Shown: positions 1 to 13,022 of the stretch, in pieces | Position numbering within the stretch: the stretch's first letter is position 1 | Layout: every line of letters begins with the position of its first letter | Assembly: GCF_009914755.1 (NCBI RefSeq) | Contig: NC_060944.1 | DNA: 64,000 bases | Reading direction: 5' to 3' (one strand) | Origin: the human T2T-CHM13v2.0 reference genome, Homo sapiens | The notes under the pieces: generated by a model | Seen by the model: the letters and a program-made list of their open reading frames with translations, nothing else | Databases searched by the model: none | Told to the model about the DNA's origin: nothing | Position numbers and translations under genes: made by a program

Positions 1-399
1 GTAAAAGTGTAACTCAGTCAAAAGAAAAGAAGCTCTAAGCTTTGGTGCTGTGTATCACCTATGAATTAAAAGATATTTTTCAGATGATTGGCTGATTGGC
101 GACTCTGGAACTGGGAACAAGTTAACGCTGAGAACACCAAGTACAGTGCATCATGTAAGGGGAGGGAGACGCTTAGGATTACATGGTTAGCTAAGACCAT
201 ATGCATTGAGGTTTCAAGTCTACAAGCATGATACTTTTCTTTCAGAGTTTGTTGATACTGTGTAGGGGTGTCAATCATTGGTACATTCATACCAGATTGC
301 ATGGTTTTACAAGATGAGGAATTATACAGCAAATGAGGTAAACGTATACATTGTGGATTCCTTTATAATACTGTTCTATCAGGAAAGTAATTGGGCAAA

Positions 400-536
400 G
401 AAGAATGGTTAGCAATTGAGGTTCTAGAGTCAGAACTGGGCTCAGATCCTGATGTTTTCATTTCCTAGCTTTGTGACCTTGGACAAGTTATTTCACCTTT
501 GTAAGCCTTTGTCATCTTTAAAATAGAGATAATAAC
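400..536 (+). mobile_element. MIR SINE fragment
   Basis: MIR core-like 'agagtcagaactgggctcagatcctg...tgtgaccttggacaagttatttcacc...aaaatagagataataa'. Confidence 0.7.
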
Positions 537-539
537 TAT

Positions 540-1352
540 ATTCAAAGCCTCTGAAAATCAAAAGTTTTTTTTTTAACTCATTTGGCAGCAAAACTTGATG
601 TGGAATAATGACAATTTATTTGTTGTCTTTATCTCATTTAATGTGCATCTTTATACATTTTGTGGCAGAAATATTGATATATTTGATTAATGTATGCTAC
701 TCCAGAATCTACTCAGGGAAAATGCTAGATAGCTTTCATTTATACCTCCAGATTCACTGTCCACCTTTCTCCATCTAGCTATGTGTCCAGGAGTCTGATA
801 GTATAGATTGTAAGTATGCAGTCTGTGTTTACAGGCTCTCTGCTATCTGCTTTCCCATTAGCTCTGGCCGATGGAAGTCACTGGCGAGATATTGGAGTGA
901 GGCAGCAGAGTGAGAGAGGTATTTAATTCACCTAGTTCTCTTCATGAGTGGTCACCGTAGTGTGTCTCTAGACTGAAGGTCTCAGCATGTGAAAGGTACC
1001 ACCCCTCACAAGGCCTCTTAGTCTTCAGCTTTCAGTAACAGCTCCCTTCCTTTACCCATTATGACCCAGAGGTGGTAATAGTCACTACAGTGCTAGCTTC
1101 AGGTTATCAAGCTATCCTTTGTGGTTTCTCTACACCTTAGCAAATAGTGCCTTTATTAAATTTTCCTCAATTTATCCTAAGTTGACCATGTACCTACTTA
1201 CTTCTCAGACCCTAAAAGATGCATAATACTGTTTAATTTATGAAATATTTACTAAATTACTGTCTGAATACATACACATGCAGAGGCACAAACATACACA
1301 CCTGAAACACATCTTGCTTCAAGGGTTTTGGATGAAGGATTGTAGATCTGTA
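540..1352. mobile_element. MER46C-like (TcMar-Tigger) DNA transposon relic, split in two (540-720, ~1225-1352) by an LTR
   Basis: 'ctctgaaaatcaaaagtttttt...ctcatttggcagcaaaac' and terminal 'gaaacacatcttgcttcaagggttttggatgaaggattgtagatctgta' resemble the recalled MER46C consensus. Confidence 0.55.
735..1222 (+). mobile_element. Ancient ERVL-type solo LTR (LTR33-like)
   Basis: 'ccagaggtggtaatag...tgctagc...ccttgtggtttctct...aaatagtgcctttattaaattttcctcaa...cagaccct' resembles the recalled LTR33 3' half. Confidence 0.55.
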
Positions 1353-1814
1353 TTCTAATTATATTAGCATAGGAATTTTACTGTATTTTATAAATTATTA
1401 CTGTTCAAAAAATTATATTAATGTTCAGTTAAACACAGAGCATTTAAATGGCCTACAGGTAACACCACCAACATCTCAGTTCTAAAAATATGAAAAATGT
1501 CATTGAGCTACCAATTTAAATAAATCTCCTAAAGTGAGTATAGTATATGGAGCGCAGTTTCACAATTATAAACTTGCCTTTGTTACTTAAGAGGAAAAAA
1601 GCAGCAGCAAGATTAGACCTTAATTCCACTTGATCACTTGTTCATCAACAAATGGTCTTCTCACAAATTCCAAGACGCCTTAAGAAGAGATGCCCAGCCG
1701 GTAGCATTAACATAACTTTATCTAAATTATTTCGCCTTCTCTCAGTGCTTCAACAGGAATAAATTCAGCTTCTGAATTTTTGCCAGTGTATGACAATGTA
1801 TTTTCTAGTTAGCT

Positions 1815-2030
1815 GTTGGGTGGTGGAAAGAATGTAGAATTTGGAGTCAAGGAAGCTAGTTTGGGTCTCAACATTGATACCGTTCTTGAGTCACTGTGAG
1901 CTTGATTTCTGTAGTCCCTGTCTCTAAAATTGGGGTAAAACCACATACCTGTCAGGATCATGAGGATTAAACAGAGTAAATATAAATTATCTAGTATGGA
2001 GCTCAGCTCATAGTAAGAGCTTGAGTGTTT
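1815..2030 (+). mobile_element. MIR SINE
   Basis: 'gtggtggaaagaatgtagaatttggagtca...ctctaaaattggggtaaa...tgaggattaaa...gctcatagtaagagc'. Confidence 0.65.
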
Positions 2031-2583
2031 CTCAAACTTGAATCAGTTTGTGAACATAGCCACTCAATAGAGGAAGGTTTGTTCCTGGGGCTGATCCATG
2101 ACTGCAGCTGTGTGACTGCTGTTGTGGCATTTGGACTGTTCATGGATGGACCAGAACCTCCAGATTCTACATGTGATAACCGTGGCTGAGTAAAGGCTGT
2201 TGTCAGTATACATCACGCAACAACAGAATGAGTGTGGGGTAGTATTTGTGTAATTTGCCAGAGAAGTGAGGAACTGAACAGAATGAGTTTTTTCTTGTTT
2301 GTAACCACACATTTAGTTTATGCTTCCATTAATTCATAAGTATTATATTTAGCACTGTAATATTTAATATTGATGTTACCAAATGTGGGTCAACATTTAA
2401 AGTCTATAAAAACATGCATACAGTCTTGATATTTTTAAAACTCACTATAGTAAGCTTCACTTTTTTCTAATGAAATTCACTAACCAGTTTAAGAAAATGG
2501 TAAGGTTAGTGTGAAGAATTCCATGCCATAATACTATAGAATTGCTAGAGATGGGCCACATAGTTGATTTTGAGCTTCTAGTG

Positions 2584-2585
<2 letters not shown>

Positions 2586-2616
<31 letters not shown>
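2586..2616 (+). repeat. Poly(A)31 mononucleotide run
   Basis: 31 consecutive A, directly visible; no Alu or L1 body attached. Confidence 0.95.
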
Positions 2617-2619
<3 letters not shown>

Positions 2620-3817
2620 CAATTATAAGATCCCTAGAGTCTTAGTTGCTTTTTGGTACCAAGATCTGAGAGGGCTTCATAAAGTGGCATACAAGATTGA
2701 GAATTTACACAAGCAGTTTTGAATAGAATAACAGAGACTTTAGTAACAAATTTAAACCCAAGCATAGCAAGCAACCTTGTTGAACCAAATAGTTCTGTGA
2801 GAGTTGGCAAATCTTACCGGGATATAGCTTCAATAGTGATGATGGAATGATAAGAAATAATTGCCTTTTTGTTAAATTTTTTATTTGTTAAAATTAGTAA
2901 TCAACTCTCTATGGACTGGGAGAGCTCAGGAACAATATAGCTTTAAAAAGTTTTTCTTCGGCAGTCAAAATAAAATATTACATTTAAAATTAATTGAATC
3001 TGTGAATATGATTATTAAGATAAAATGTTATTTCCAAATTAAATTAAAAGTTTTCTTTATTTTTTACTATCATTCTTCTCCTCAAATTAATATTCCATCT
3101 GAGAAGCCTGAAAAGAGAAGATTAAAAGGAGTCATTAATAAAAGGAAGTGCATTTAATGGGAGTATGATTATCATGTAGTTCAAAGAAAATTTCATTGTG
3201 CCTCATACTAATTGCTATTTTGTGCACCTACTTGCCTTGCTTATCTTAAGATGGTTTTGGCTTTAGGGGAAGTATAAAAAATTAAGGTATACATATATTA
3301 TTTAAAGTAGACCAAAGTTAAGGCATAAATAAATAGTTAATAATTGAAGCATGTGAGTCAGTTAACTTTAAAACTGTACTTATTAAAGTCTTTGTTACTT
3401 TTAAGAAGACTATCCTACGCTTTGAGAAATTGCTGAGTCATGGTCATGATCACATCTGTGTTGTAGTTGTAGCCCCCCTGTATGGGAACTATGATTCCTG
3501 CCTTCAGGCTAAAAGGCATTAAAAGAAAACAAAAACAAAAACAGAGAGACCATGTAGTGCCATCCCCTTCTTTCAAGTGTGAACTCCAGCTCAATTTCCC
3601 CCTGCTCATGTAAATTATTTAGAGCTTTCAAATAGTTGTTTTAAAATTTTTCTTCAGAGTTTGTAGTTGTTATGTATTGAACACAATGGAAGTGGGCATA
3701 ATCTTTTCTCTGCCTAAACTCTTTAAAGTTTTTGAAATGAAGACATTTAATTTTTTTAACATTTAACCTGATATAATTTTAACTGTTTCTACCTGAGAAG
3801 TTATCCAGCAATGTTCT

Positions 3818-4542
3818 TTTTTTTTTTTTTTAAGGTTTTTTTTTTTCCCATAAGTTATAGGGGTACAGGTGGTATTTGGTTACATGAGTAAGTTCTTTAG
3901 TGGTGATTTGTGAGATTTTGGTGCACCCGTCACCCGAGCAGCATATACTGCACCATATTTGTAGTCTTCTATCCCTCGCTCCCATCCCACTCTTTCCCCC
4001 AAGTACCCAGAGTCCATTGCATCATTCTTATGCTTTTGTGTCCTCATAGCTTAGCTCCCACATATCAGTGAGAACATATGATGTTTGGTTTTCCATTCCT
4101 GAGTTACTTCACTTAGAAAAATAGTCTCCAGTCTCATTCAGGTCACTGCAAATGCTGTTAATTCATTCCTTTTTATGGCTGCCTAGTGTTCCATTATATA
4201 TATATATATTCCATCATATACATATATGTTTATATATATTCCATCATATATATGTGTGTGTACATATATTCCATCATATATATATATTCCATCATATATC
4301 TATTCCATCATATATATCTATTCCATCATATATATATTCCATCATATATATATATTCCATCATATATGTTCCATCATATATATATTTTCCATCATATATA
4401 TTCCATCATATATATATTCCATCATATATATATTTTCCATCATATATATATTCCATCATATATGTATATTCCATCATATATATATGTTCTATCATATATG
4501 TTCCATCATATATATATGTTCCATCATATATATCTATGCCAT

Positions 4543-4602
<60 letters not shown>

Positions 4603-7600
4603 ACAGTTTCTTTAGCTACTTGTTGATTGATGGGCATTTGATTTGGTTCCACGGTTTTGCAATTGCGAATTGTGCTGCTATAAACATACATGTTTAAGTA
4701 TCTTTTTCGAATAATGACTTATTTTCCTCTGGGTAGGTACCCCCCCAGTAATGGGATTGCTGGATCAAATGGTAGTTCTGCTTTTACTTCTCTAAGGGAT
4801 CTCCACAGTGTTTTCCATAGCGGCTGTACTAGTTTATTTTCCCACCAGCAGTGTAGAAGTGTTCCCTGTTCACTGCATCCATGCCAGCATCTACTGTTTT
4901 GTGATTTTTTTGATTATGTCCATTCTTGCAGGAGTGAGGTGCTATCGCATTGTGGTTTTGATTTGCATTTCCCTGATCATTAGTGATGTTGAGCATTTTT
5001 TCATATGTTTGTTGGCCATTTGTATATCTTCTTTTGAGAATTGTCTATTCATGTCCTTAGCCCACTTTTTGATGGGATTGTTTGTTTTTTTCTTACTGAT
5101 TTGAGTTCATTGGATATTAGACTGGATATCAGTCCTTTGTCAGATGTATAGACTGTAAAGATTTTCTCCCACCCTGAGTTGTCTGTTTACTCTGCTGACT
5201 GTTCCTTTTGCTGTGCAAAAGCTCTTTAGTTTAATTAAGTCCCAGCTATTTATCTTTTTTTTTATTGCATTTGCTTTTGGGTTCTTGGTCATGAAATCGT
5301 AAGCCAATGTCTAGACAGGTTTTTCCAGTGTTCTTTTCTAGAATGTTAATAGTTTCAGGTCTTAGGTTTAAGTCCTCAATTCATCTTGAGTTGATTTTTG
5401 TATAAGGTGAGAGATGAGGATCCAGTTTCATTCTCCTACAGGTGGCTAGCCAATTATTCCACCACCATTTGTTGAAAAGGGTGTCCTTTCCCCACTTTAT
5501 GTTTTTGTTTGCTTTCTTGAAGATCACTTGGCTGTAAGTATTTGGGTTTATTTCTGGGCTCTCTATTCTGTTTCATTGGTCTATGTGCCTGCATTTGTAC
5601 CAGTACCACACTGTTTGGTGACTATGGCCTTATAGTATAGTTTGAAATCAGGTTGTGTGATGCCTTCAGATTTGTTCTTTTTGCTTAGTCTTGCTTTGGC
5701 TATGCAGGCTCTTTTTTGGTTTCATAAGAATTTTAGAATTGTTTTTTTTAATTCTGTGAAGAATGATGGTGGTATTTTGATGGGGATTGCACTAAATTTG
5801 TAGATTGCTTTTGGCAGTATGGTCATTTTCACAATATTGATTTCACCCATCCATGAGCATGGGATGTGTTTCCATTTGTTTGTGTCGTCTATGATTTCTT
5901 TCAGCAGTGTTTTGTAGGTTTCCTTGTAGAGGTCTTTCGACTCCTTGGTTAGGTATATTCCTAAGTATTTTATTTTTTTGTTTGCAGCTATTGTAAAAGG
6001 GGTTGAGTTCTTGACTTGATTATCTGCATGGTCACTGTTGGTGTATAGAAGAGCTACTGATTTGTGTACATTAATCTCGTATCTGGAAAATTTGCTGAAT
6101 TCTTTTATCAGTTCTAAGAGCTTTCTGGAGGAGTCCTTAGGGTTTTCAAGGTAAACAATCATATTGTCATAAAAAATGACAGTTTTATTTCCTATTTACC
6201 AATTTGGATGCCTTTTATTCTTTCTCTTGTCTGACTGCTCTGGCTAGGACTTCCAGTACTATGTTGAAGAGGAGTGGTGAGAGTGGGCATCCTTGTGTTG
6301 TTCCAGTTCTGAGAGGGAATGCTTTCAATTTTTCCCCATTCGGTATTTTGTTGGCTGTGGGTTTGTCATAGATGGCTTTTATTGCATTAAGGTATGTCCC
6401 TTGTATGCCGATTTCACTGAGAGTTTCAATCATAAAGCAATGTTGGATTTTGTTGAATGCTTTTTCTGCATCTATTGAAATGATCATGTGATTTTTGTTT
6501 TTATTTCTGTTTATGTGGTGTGTCACATTTATTGACTTGCATATGTTAAACCATTCCTGCATCCCTGGTATGAAACCCACTTGATCATGGTGGATTACCT
6601 TTTTGATATGTTGTTAGATTCGGTTAGCAAGTATTTTGTTAAGGATTTTAGCATCTAAGTTCATCAAGGATATTGGTCTGTAGTTTTCTTTTTTTGGTTA
6701 TGTCCTTTCCTGGTTTTGGTATTAGGGTGATGCTGGCTTAGTAGAATGAATTAGGGAGGTTTCCTTCTTTCTATATCTTGTGGAATAGTTTCAAAAGGAT
6801 TGGTACCAATTCTTTTTTGAATGTCTGGTAGAATTCTGCTGTGAATCCGTCTGGTCCTGAACTTTTTTTTGTTGGTAATTTTTAAATTACCATTTCAATC
6901 TCACTGCTTGTTATTGGTCTGTTCAGGGTATCTAATTCCTCCTGACTTAAGCTAGGAGGGTTGTATTTTTCCAGGAACTTATCTGTGTCCTCTAGGTTTT
7001 CTAGTTTATGTGTGTAAAGGTGTTCATAGTAGCCTTGAATGATCTTTCATATTTCAGTGGTGTCAGCTGTAATATCTCCTGTTTCATTTCTTAGTGAGGT
7101 TATTTGGATTTTCTCTCTTCTTTTCTTGGTTAATCTTGCCTTTTATGGCCTATCATATGGTCTATCTTGGAGAAAGTTCCACGCGCTGTTGAATAGAATG
7201 TGTATTCTGCGGTTGTTGGATGAAAATGTTCCCTATATATCTGTTAAGTCCATTTGTTCCAAGATATAGTTTAAATCCATTGTTTCTTTTTTGACTTTCT
7301 GTCTTGATGACCTGTCTAGTGCTGTCAGTGGAATATTGAAGTCCCCCAATATTATTGTGTTGCTATCTCATTTCTTAGGTCTATTAGTAATTGTCTTATA
7401 AATTTGGGAGCCCCAGTGTTAGGTGCATATATGTTTAGAATTGTGATATTTTCCTGTTGGACAAGGCCTTTTACTGTTATATAATGTCCCTCTTTGTCTC
7501 TTTTAACTACTGTTGCTTTAAAGTTTGTTTTGTCTGATATAAGAATAGCTACCCCTGCTCACTTTTGGTGTCCATTTTCATGAAATGCCTTTTTCCATTC

Positions 7601-10265
7601 CTTTAAGTTTATGTCAGTTCTTATGTGCTATGTGAGTCTCCTGAAGGAAGCAGATAGTTGGTTGGTGAGTTCTTATCCATTCTGCAGTTCTGTATCTCTT
7701 AAGTGGAGCATTTAGGCCATTTACATTCAATGTTAGTATTGAAATGTGAGGTACCATTGCATTCATCATGATCTTTGTTGCCTGTGTACTTTGGTTTTTT
7801 GTTTTTTTGTGTGTTTGCTTTTTAACTTGTATTTTTGTTTTATAGGTCCTGTGTGATTTATGCTTTAAAGAGGCTCTGTTTTCACATGTTTCCAGGATTT
7901 GTTTCAAGATTTAGAGCAACTTTTAGCAGTTCTTGTAGTGGTGGCTTGGTAATGGCAAATTCTCTCAGCATTTGTTTGTCTGAAAAGACTGTGTCTTTTC
8001 TTCATATATGATGGTTAGTTTCCCTGGATACAAAATTCTTGGCTGATAATTGTTTTGTTTGAGGAGGCTGAAGATAAGTCCCCAATTGCTTTTAGCCTGT
8101 AGGGTTTCTGCTGGGAAATCTGCTGTTAATCTGATAGGTGTTTCTTTATAGGTTACCTGGTCCTTCTGTCTCATGGCTCTTAAGATTCTTTCCTTCACCT
8201 TAACATTGGATAACCTGATGACGAAGTGCCTAGGCAAAGATCTTTTTGTGATGAATTTCCTGGGTGTTCTTTGTGCTTCATGTGTTTGGATGTCTAGGTC
8301 TCTAGCAAGGCCAGAGAAGTTTTCCTTGATTATTCCCCCAAATATGTTTTCCGAGCTTTTAGAATTCTCCTCTTCCTCAGGAACACTGATTATTTTTAGG
8401 TTTGATTGTTTAACATAATCCCAGACTTCTTGGAGGCTTTGTTCATATTTTATTATTCTTTTTTCTTTGTCTTTGTTAGCTTGGGTTAATTTGAAGACCT
8501 AGTCTTCGAGCTCTGAATTTCTTTCTTCTACTTGTTCAATTATATTGCTGAGACCTTCCAGAGCATTTCTTATTGTTAAAAGTGTGTCCAAAGTTTCCTG
8601 AATTTTTTTTTTTCTTTAAGCTATCTATTTCCTTGAATATTTCTCCCTTCACTTCTTGTATCATATTTTGGATTTTCTTACATTGGGCTTCGCCTTTCTT
8701 TGGTCCCTCCCCAATTAGCTTAATAACTAACCTCCTGAATTATTTTTCGAGTAAAGCAGGGATTTCTTCTTGGATCCATTGCTGATGAACTAGTGTGATT
8801 TTTTGGGTTTGTTGAAGAGCCTTGTTTTGTCATATTACCAGGGTTGGTTTTCTGGTGCCTTCTCATTTGGGTAGGCTCTGTCAGAGGGAAGGTCTAGGGC
8901 CGAAGGCTGTTGTTCAGATTCTTTTTTCCCACAGGGTGTTCCCTTGATGTAGTACTCTCCCCCTTTTCCTGTGGATGTGGCTTCATGTGAGCCAAACTGC
9001 AGTGATTGCTCTCTCTTCTGGGTCTGGCCACCCAGAGAGTCTGCCTGGCTCTGGGCTGGTATTGGCACTTGTCTGCACAGAGTCCTGTGATACCAACCAT
9101 CTGTGGGTCTCTCAGCCATGGTTACCAGTGCCTGTTCCGGTGGAGGTGGCGGGGTGGGGGGTGCAATGGACTCTGTGAGGCTTCTTAGCATTGATGGTTT
9201 AATATTCTATTTTTGTGCTGGTTGGCTTCCTGCCAGGAGGTGGCACTTTCCAGAGAGCATCAGCTGTGGTATTATGGGGAGGAACCAGTGGTGGGTGGGG
9301 CCTAGAACAACCAAGTTTATATACCCTTTGTCTTCCACTACCAGGGTGGGTAGGAAAGGACCATCAGCTGGGAGTGGAACTAGGTGTGTCTGAGCTCAGA
9401 CTGTCCTTGGGCGGGTCTTGCTGCGGCTGCTGTTGGGGGGTGGAGGTGAGATTCCCAGGTCAGGGGAGTTGTTTACCTAGGAGGATTATGGCTGTCTCTG
9501 CTGAGTCATGCAGGTTGTCAGGGAAGTTGGGGGAAAGGGGGCAGTCACAGGCCTCACCCAACTCCCATGCAAATGAAAGGGCTGGTCTCACTCCCGCAGT
9601 GCACCTCCCAACACCCTCCAGAGCATTTCCAGGCTGAGAGCAGTAAGGGCTTGAAAACCTGCCCCAGGCTGTATGCCTCCTAGCTTTGAAAGATAAGAGC
9701 TTGGTTCTTCCCCTGCCTGTGGAGTCTGCACACTGAATTTGCACCCTCCTTCCAGTTCTGGCCAGGAGGCTTCTCATCTCGTTCAAATGGTTACAAAGTT
9801 CAGCTAGAGATTTCCTTCTCCCTGTGTAGTTTTACCCTCTGCTCTTCTCCCATTGGATCCCTGGGGTGCCAGGCAGGAATGGCCTGCTAGGGTACCCAGC
9901 GAGCTCCCAGGGCCTTTCTGCTGCATCCTCTACCCCTGTATTTTGCTTGGCTCTCCAGATTGACTCAGCTCCAGGTAAAGTTGGAAACTTCTCCTGCAAA
10001 CAGACCTTCGGCTTCTCCAGTGGGGCTGTGTGTTCAGGAGAGGAGGGTCTCCCTCTCCCACTTCCGCAGGTGGGGCACTCGCAGTTTTGGGATTGTCTCC
10101 TGGTTCCTGCAGGAGCAGTCTGCTTTTTTCAGAGGGTCTGTGGGTCCTCTCAGGATGGCTGGTTTGTTTTGCAGTCGATCTGATGCTAAAATTCACAGTG
10201 CGAGGTGCCGCCCACTGCTCTGTCCAGAGCTGCAATCTAGTCCTGCCTCCTGTCTACCATGATTG
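3818..10265 (-). mobile_element. Near full-length LINE-1 L1PB1 (L1PBa-type 5'UTR), decayed, with ~0.5 kb ORF2 deletion
   Basis: Poly(T) at 3817-3846; L1PB1-type 3'UTR; minus-strand ORF2 fragments ([11 protein letters not shown]..., [16 protein letters not shown]...) and an ORF1 fragment (MPRHFVIRLS...); GC-rich 5'UTR at ~8850-10262; TSD tatccagca(a/g)tgttct at 3802-3817 and 10277-10292. Confidence 0.92.
4189..4600. repeat. Compound tandem repeat (TTCCATCA(TA)n) x ~22 followed by (CA)~25, inside L1PB1
   Basis: Directly visible repeated 'ttccatcatatata' units followed by a CA run. Confidence 0.95.
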
Positions 10266-10439
10266 ACCTTAAAAACTATCCAGCAGTGTTCTGATAACAA
10301 TTTGAATTCATTTACATGCTGTCAACATTATTGCTTTAGGATATATTTTGTTTAGCTGCCAAGCCACAACAGTAACTTCTTTATTCTTTGCATCCTTTGC
10401 TGAGAATAAAACCTGTTTTGTTATAAATTTACTTATCTT

Positions 10440-10630
10440 GGGGTATGAATGGGCTTTGGAATGAGAGAGTCTTGAGTCTAATCCCACTCTGCCATGTAAA
10501 CTTAAAATTGTTCCCAGCTTAAGTTTTCTCATTTGTAAAACAGGGTAACAAGCCTTACATTATTGTGGTATTTTGAAATCAAGCATGTTGGGGGGCTGAC
10601 ACAAGTGCTTTGCAAACAATAAATGCCCTG
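10440..10630 (+). mobile_element. MIR SINE
   Basis: 'gaatgggctttggaatgagagagtcttgagtctaatcccactctgcca...tttctcatttgtaaaacaggg'. Confidence 0.65.
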
Positions 10631-10651
10631 TGAAGGATAGGTATTACCCCC

Positions 10652-11870
10652 TGCAGAAAAATGAAACTGGATCCCTATCTCTCATTATATACAAAAACCA
10701 ACTCAAGACAGATTAAAGACTTAAATGTAAGACCTGAAATGATAAAAATACTAGAAGAAAACCTAGGGAAAACTCCTGTGGACATTGCTGTAGGCAAGGA
10801 ACTCATGACTAAGACCTCAAAGGCAGAAGCAACAAAAACAAAAATAGACAAATGAGCTTTAAGTAAACTAAAAAGGTTTTCCACAGCAAAAGAAGTGATC
10901 ACCATAATGAACAGACAACCACAGAATGAGAGAAAGTATTTGCAAACTACGCATCCCACAGGAGACTAATATCCAGAATTTATAAGGAAGTCAACTTAAC
11001 AATAACAAAAACTAACCCTATTAAAAGGTGGGCAAAGGACATGAATAGACATTTTTCAAAAGCAGACATACAAATGGACAACAAGCATACAAAAAATATT
11101 CAACTCACTAATCATAAGAGAAATGCAAATTAAAACCACAATGAGATATCATCTTATACCAGTCAGAATGGCTATTGTTAAAAGTAAAACAAACAAAACA
11201 AAACAGATGTTGGTGAGGATGCAGAGAAAGGGGAATGCTTATACACTATTGGTAGGAATGTAAATGAGTGCAACCTCTATGGAAATCAGTATGGGGATTT
11301 CTTAAAGAACTAAAATTAGAACCATCATTCAATCTAGCAATCCCACTATGGTGTATCTACTCAAAGGAAAATAAATCATTATATCAAAAAGATACCTGCA
11401 TTTTTATACTTATCACAGCACAATATTCACAATAGCAAAGATATAGAATCAACCTAAGTGTCCATTAACATATGATTTAATAAAGAAAAGGTAGTATCTA
11501 TACACAATGGAATACTATTCAGCTATAAAAAAGAATGAAATAATCTCTTTTGTAGCGACATGGATAGAACTAGAGGCCATTGTCTTAAGCTAAACAACTC
11601 AGACACAGAAAGACAAATACCTTGTGTCCTTACTTATAAGTGAGACCTAAATAATGTGTATATATGGACGTAGAATTTAGAATGATATGCAATGGACACT
11701 AGGAAGTGTGAGGGGATGGGAGGAGGGTGGATGACTGGGAGTTACTTAATGGGTACATTATTTGGGTGATGGATACCCTAAAAACCCTGATTTCACCACT
11801 ATGCATGCAGTCCATGTATATAATAAAATTGCACTTATACCTCATACATTTATACAAATTTTTAAAAAGG
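10652..11870 (+). mobile_element. 5'-truncated LINE-1 (L1PB4-like), ORF2 C-terminus plus 3'UTR
   Basis: [29 protein letters not shown]; 3' end 'gggtgatggataccctaaaaaccctgatttcaccactatgc...ttgcacttatacctc'. Confidence 0.85.
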
Positions 11871-12251
11871 CAAATATAAGCCCATTTTCTTTTAAAAAAA
11901 GTAAAATAAAAGGTGGATATTATTGTTAGATGCGATTATTGTTAGATGCTACTTTCTGACTTATTCCCAGTTCTTAGATTGGGGGAACTCGATTTTTGAC
12001 TCTACAGTTCACAGTTCAACCTTTGGATTTCTGGAAAAAAAAAAAAGAATTGAGAAGCATTTTGTAGAACAGATTGGAGTTTATCTTTAAATAATCAAAT
12101 TAAGCCTTTGTAATGGGAACAAGACTAAATTCAGCTCTCTAAATTAGCCACAGGAAAGAAACAAGAAGGACAAGTGATATTATTTTAGGTGCTCAGATAT
12201 TTGTATAGGCTTTGCTTGCTCACATAAGGAATTGAGGAGAGTATATCAGCA

Positions 12252-12470
12252 CTGAGCTGGTGCTGTAGTCCCAGCTACTGGGGAGACTGAGGCAGGAAGA
12301 TCACTGGAGTCCAGAAGTTCTGGGCTGTAGTGTGCTATCCCTTTTGGGTGTCCACACTGTTTGGCATCAATATACTGACCTCCCAGGAGTGGGGGACTAC
12401 TAGTTTGCCTAATGAGGGGTGAAGCAGCCCAGGTCTGAAATAGAAGAGGTCAAAACTCCCATGCTGATCT
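12252..12470 (+). pseudogene. 7SL (SRP RNA) retropseudogene, 3'-truncated, no poly(A)
   Basis: Contains the 7SL S-domain absent from Alu: 'gttctgggctgtagtgtgctat...ggcatcaatat...gacctcccaggagtggggg...gcctaatgaggggtgaa...cccaggtc...ggtcaaaactcccatgctgatc'; TSD gtatatcagca at 12241-12251 and 12471-12481. Confidence 0.93.
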
Positions 12471-12684
12471 GTATATCAGCAATGTATACAGTCTTGAGGA
12501 ATCACACAGGACAGAAAGTACCTGAATCTTAATCTCAGATATGTCTAAAAGGGATTGTTAATTTTCTGCTGTGTGTCAGGCCCTATCTAGTCATGGTGTG
12601 AAAGACAAAGATGAAGAAGGCAAGGCTCTTATGCAATTGATGGATAGCTCCAGGAAAGACATCCTGGTGAGCAGGACTGTGTGA

Positions 12685-13000
<316 letters not shown>

Positions 13001-13022
13001 TCTACATTCTTCATATTGGGAC

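Noticed and set aside
2586-2616. Orphan poly(A) as a processed-pseudogene tail
   Set aside because: There is no upstream poly(A) signal, no convincing TSD and no recognisable body.
4152-4697. Overlapping 129-181 aa His/Ile/Tyr-rich ORFs
   Set aside because: They are translations of the TTCCATCA(TA)n/(CA)n repeat.
8835-10266. Multiple 60-140 aa ORFs on both strands
   Set aside because: They come from the GC-rich L1PBa 5'UTR.
11919-11949. Short tandem duplications (also at ~26204-26230 and ~55602-55633)
   Set aside because: These are ordinary slippage duplications.
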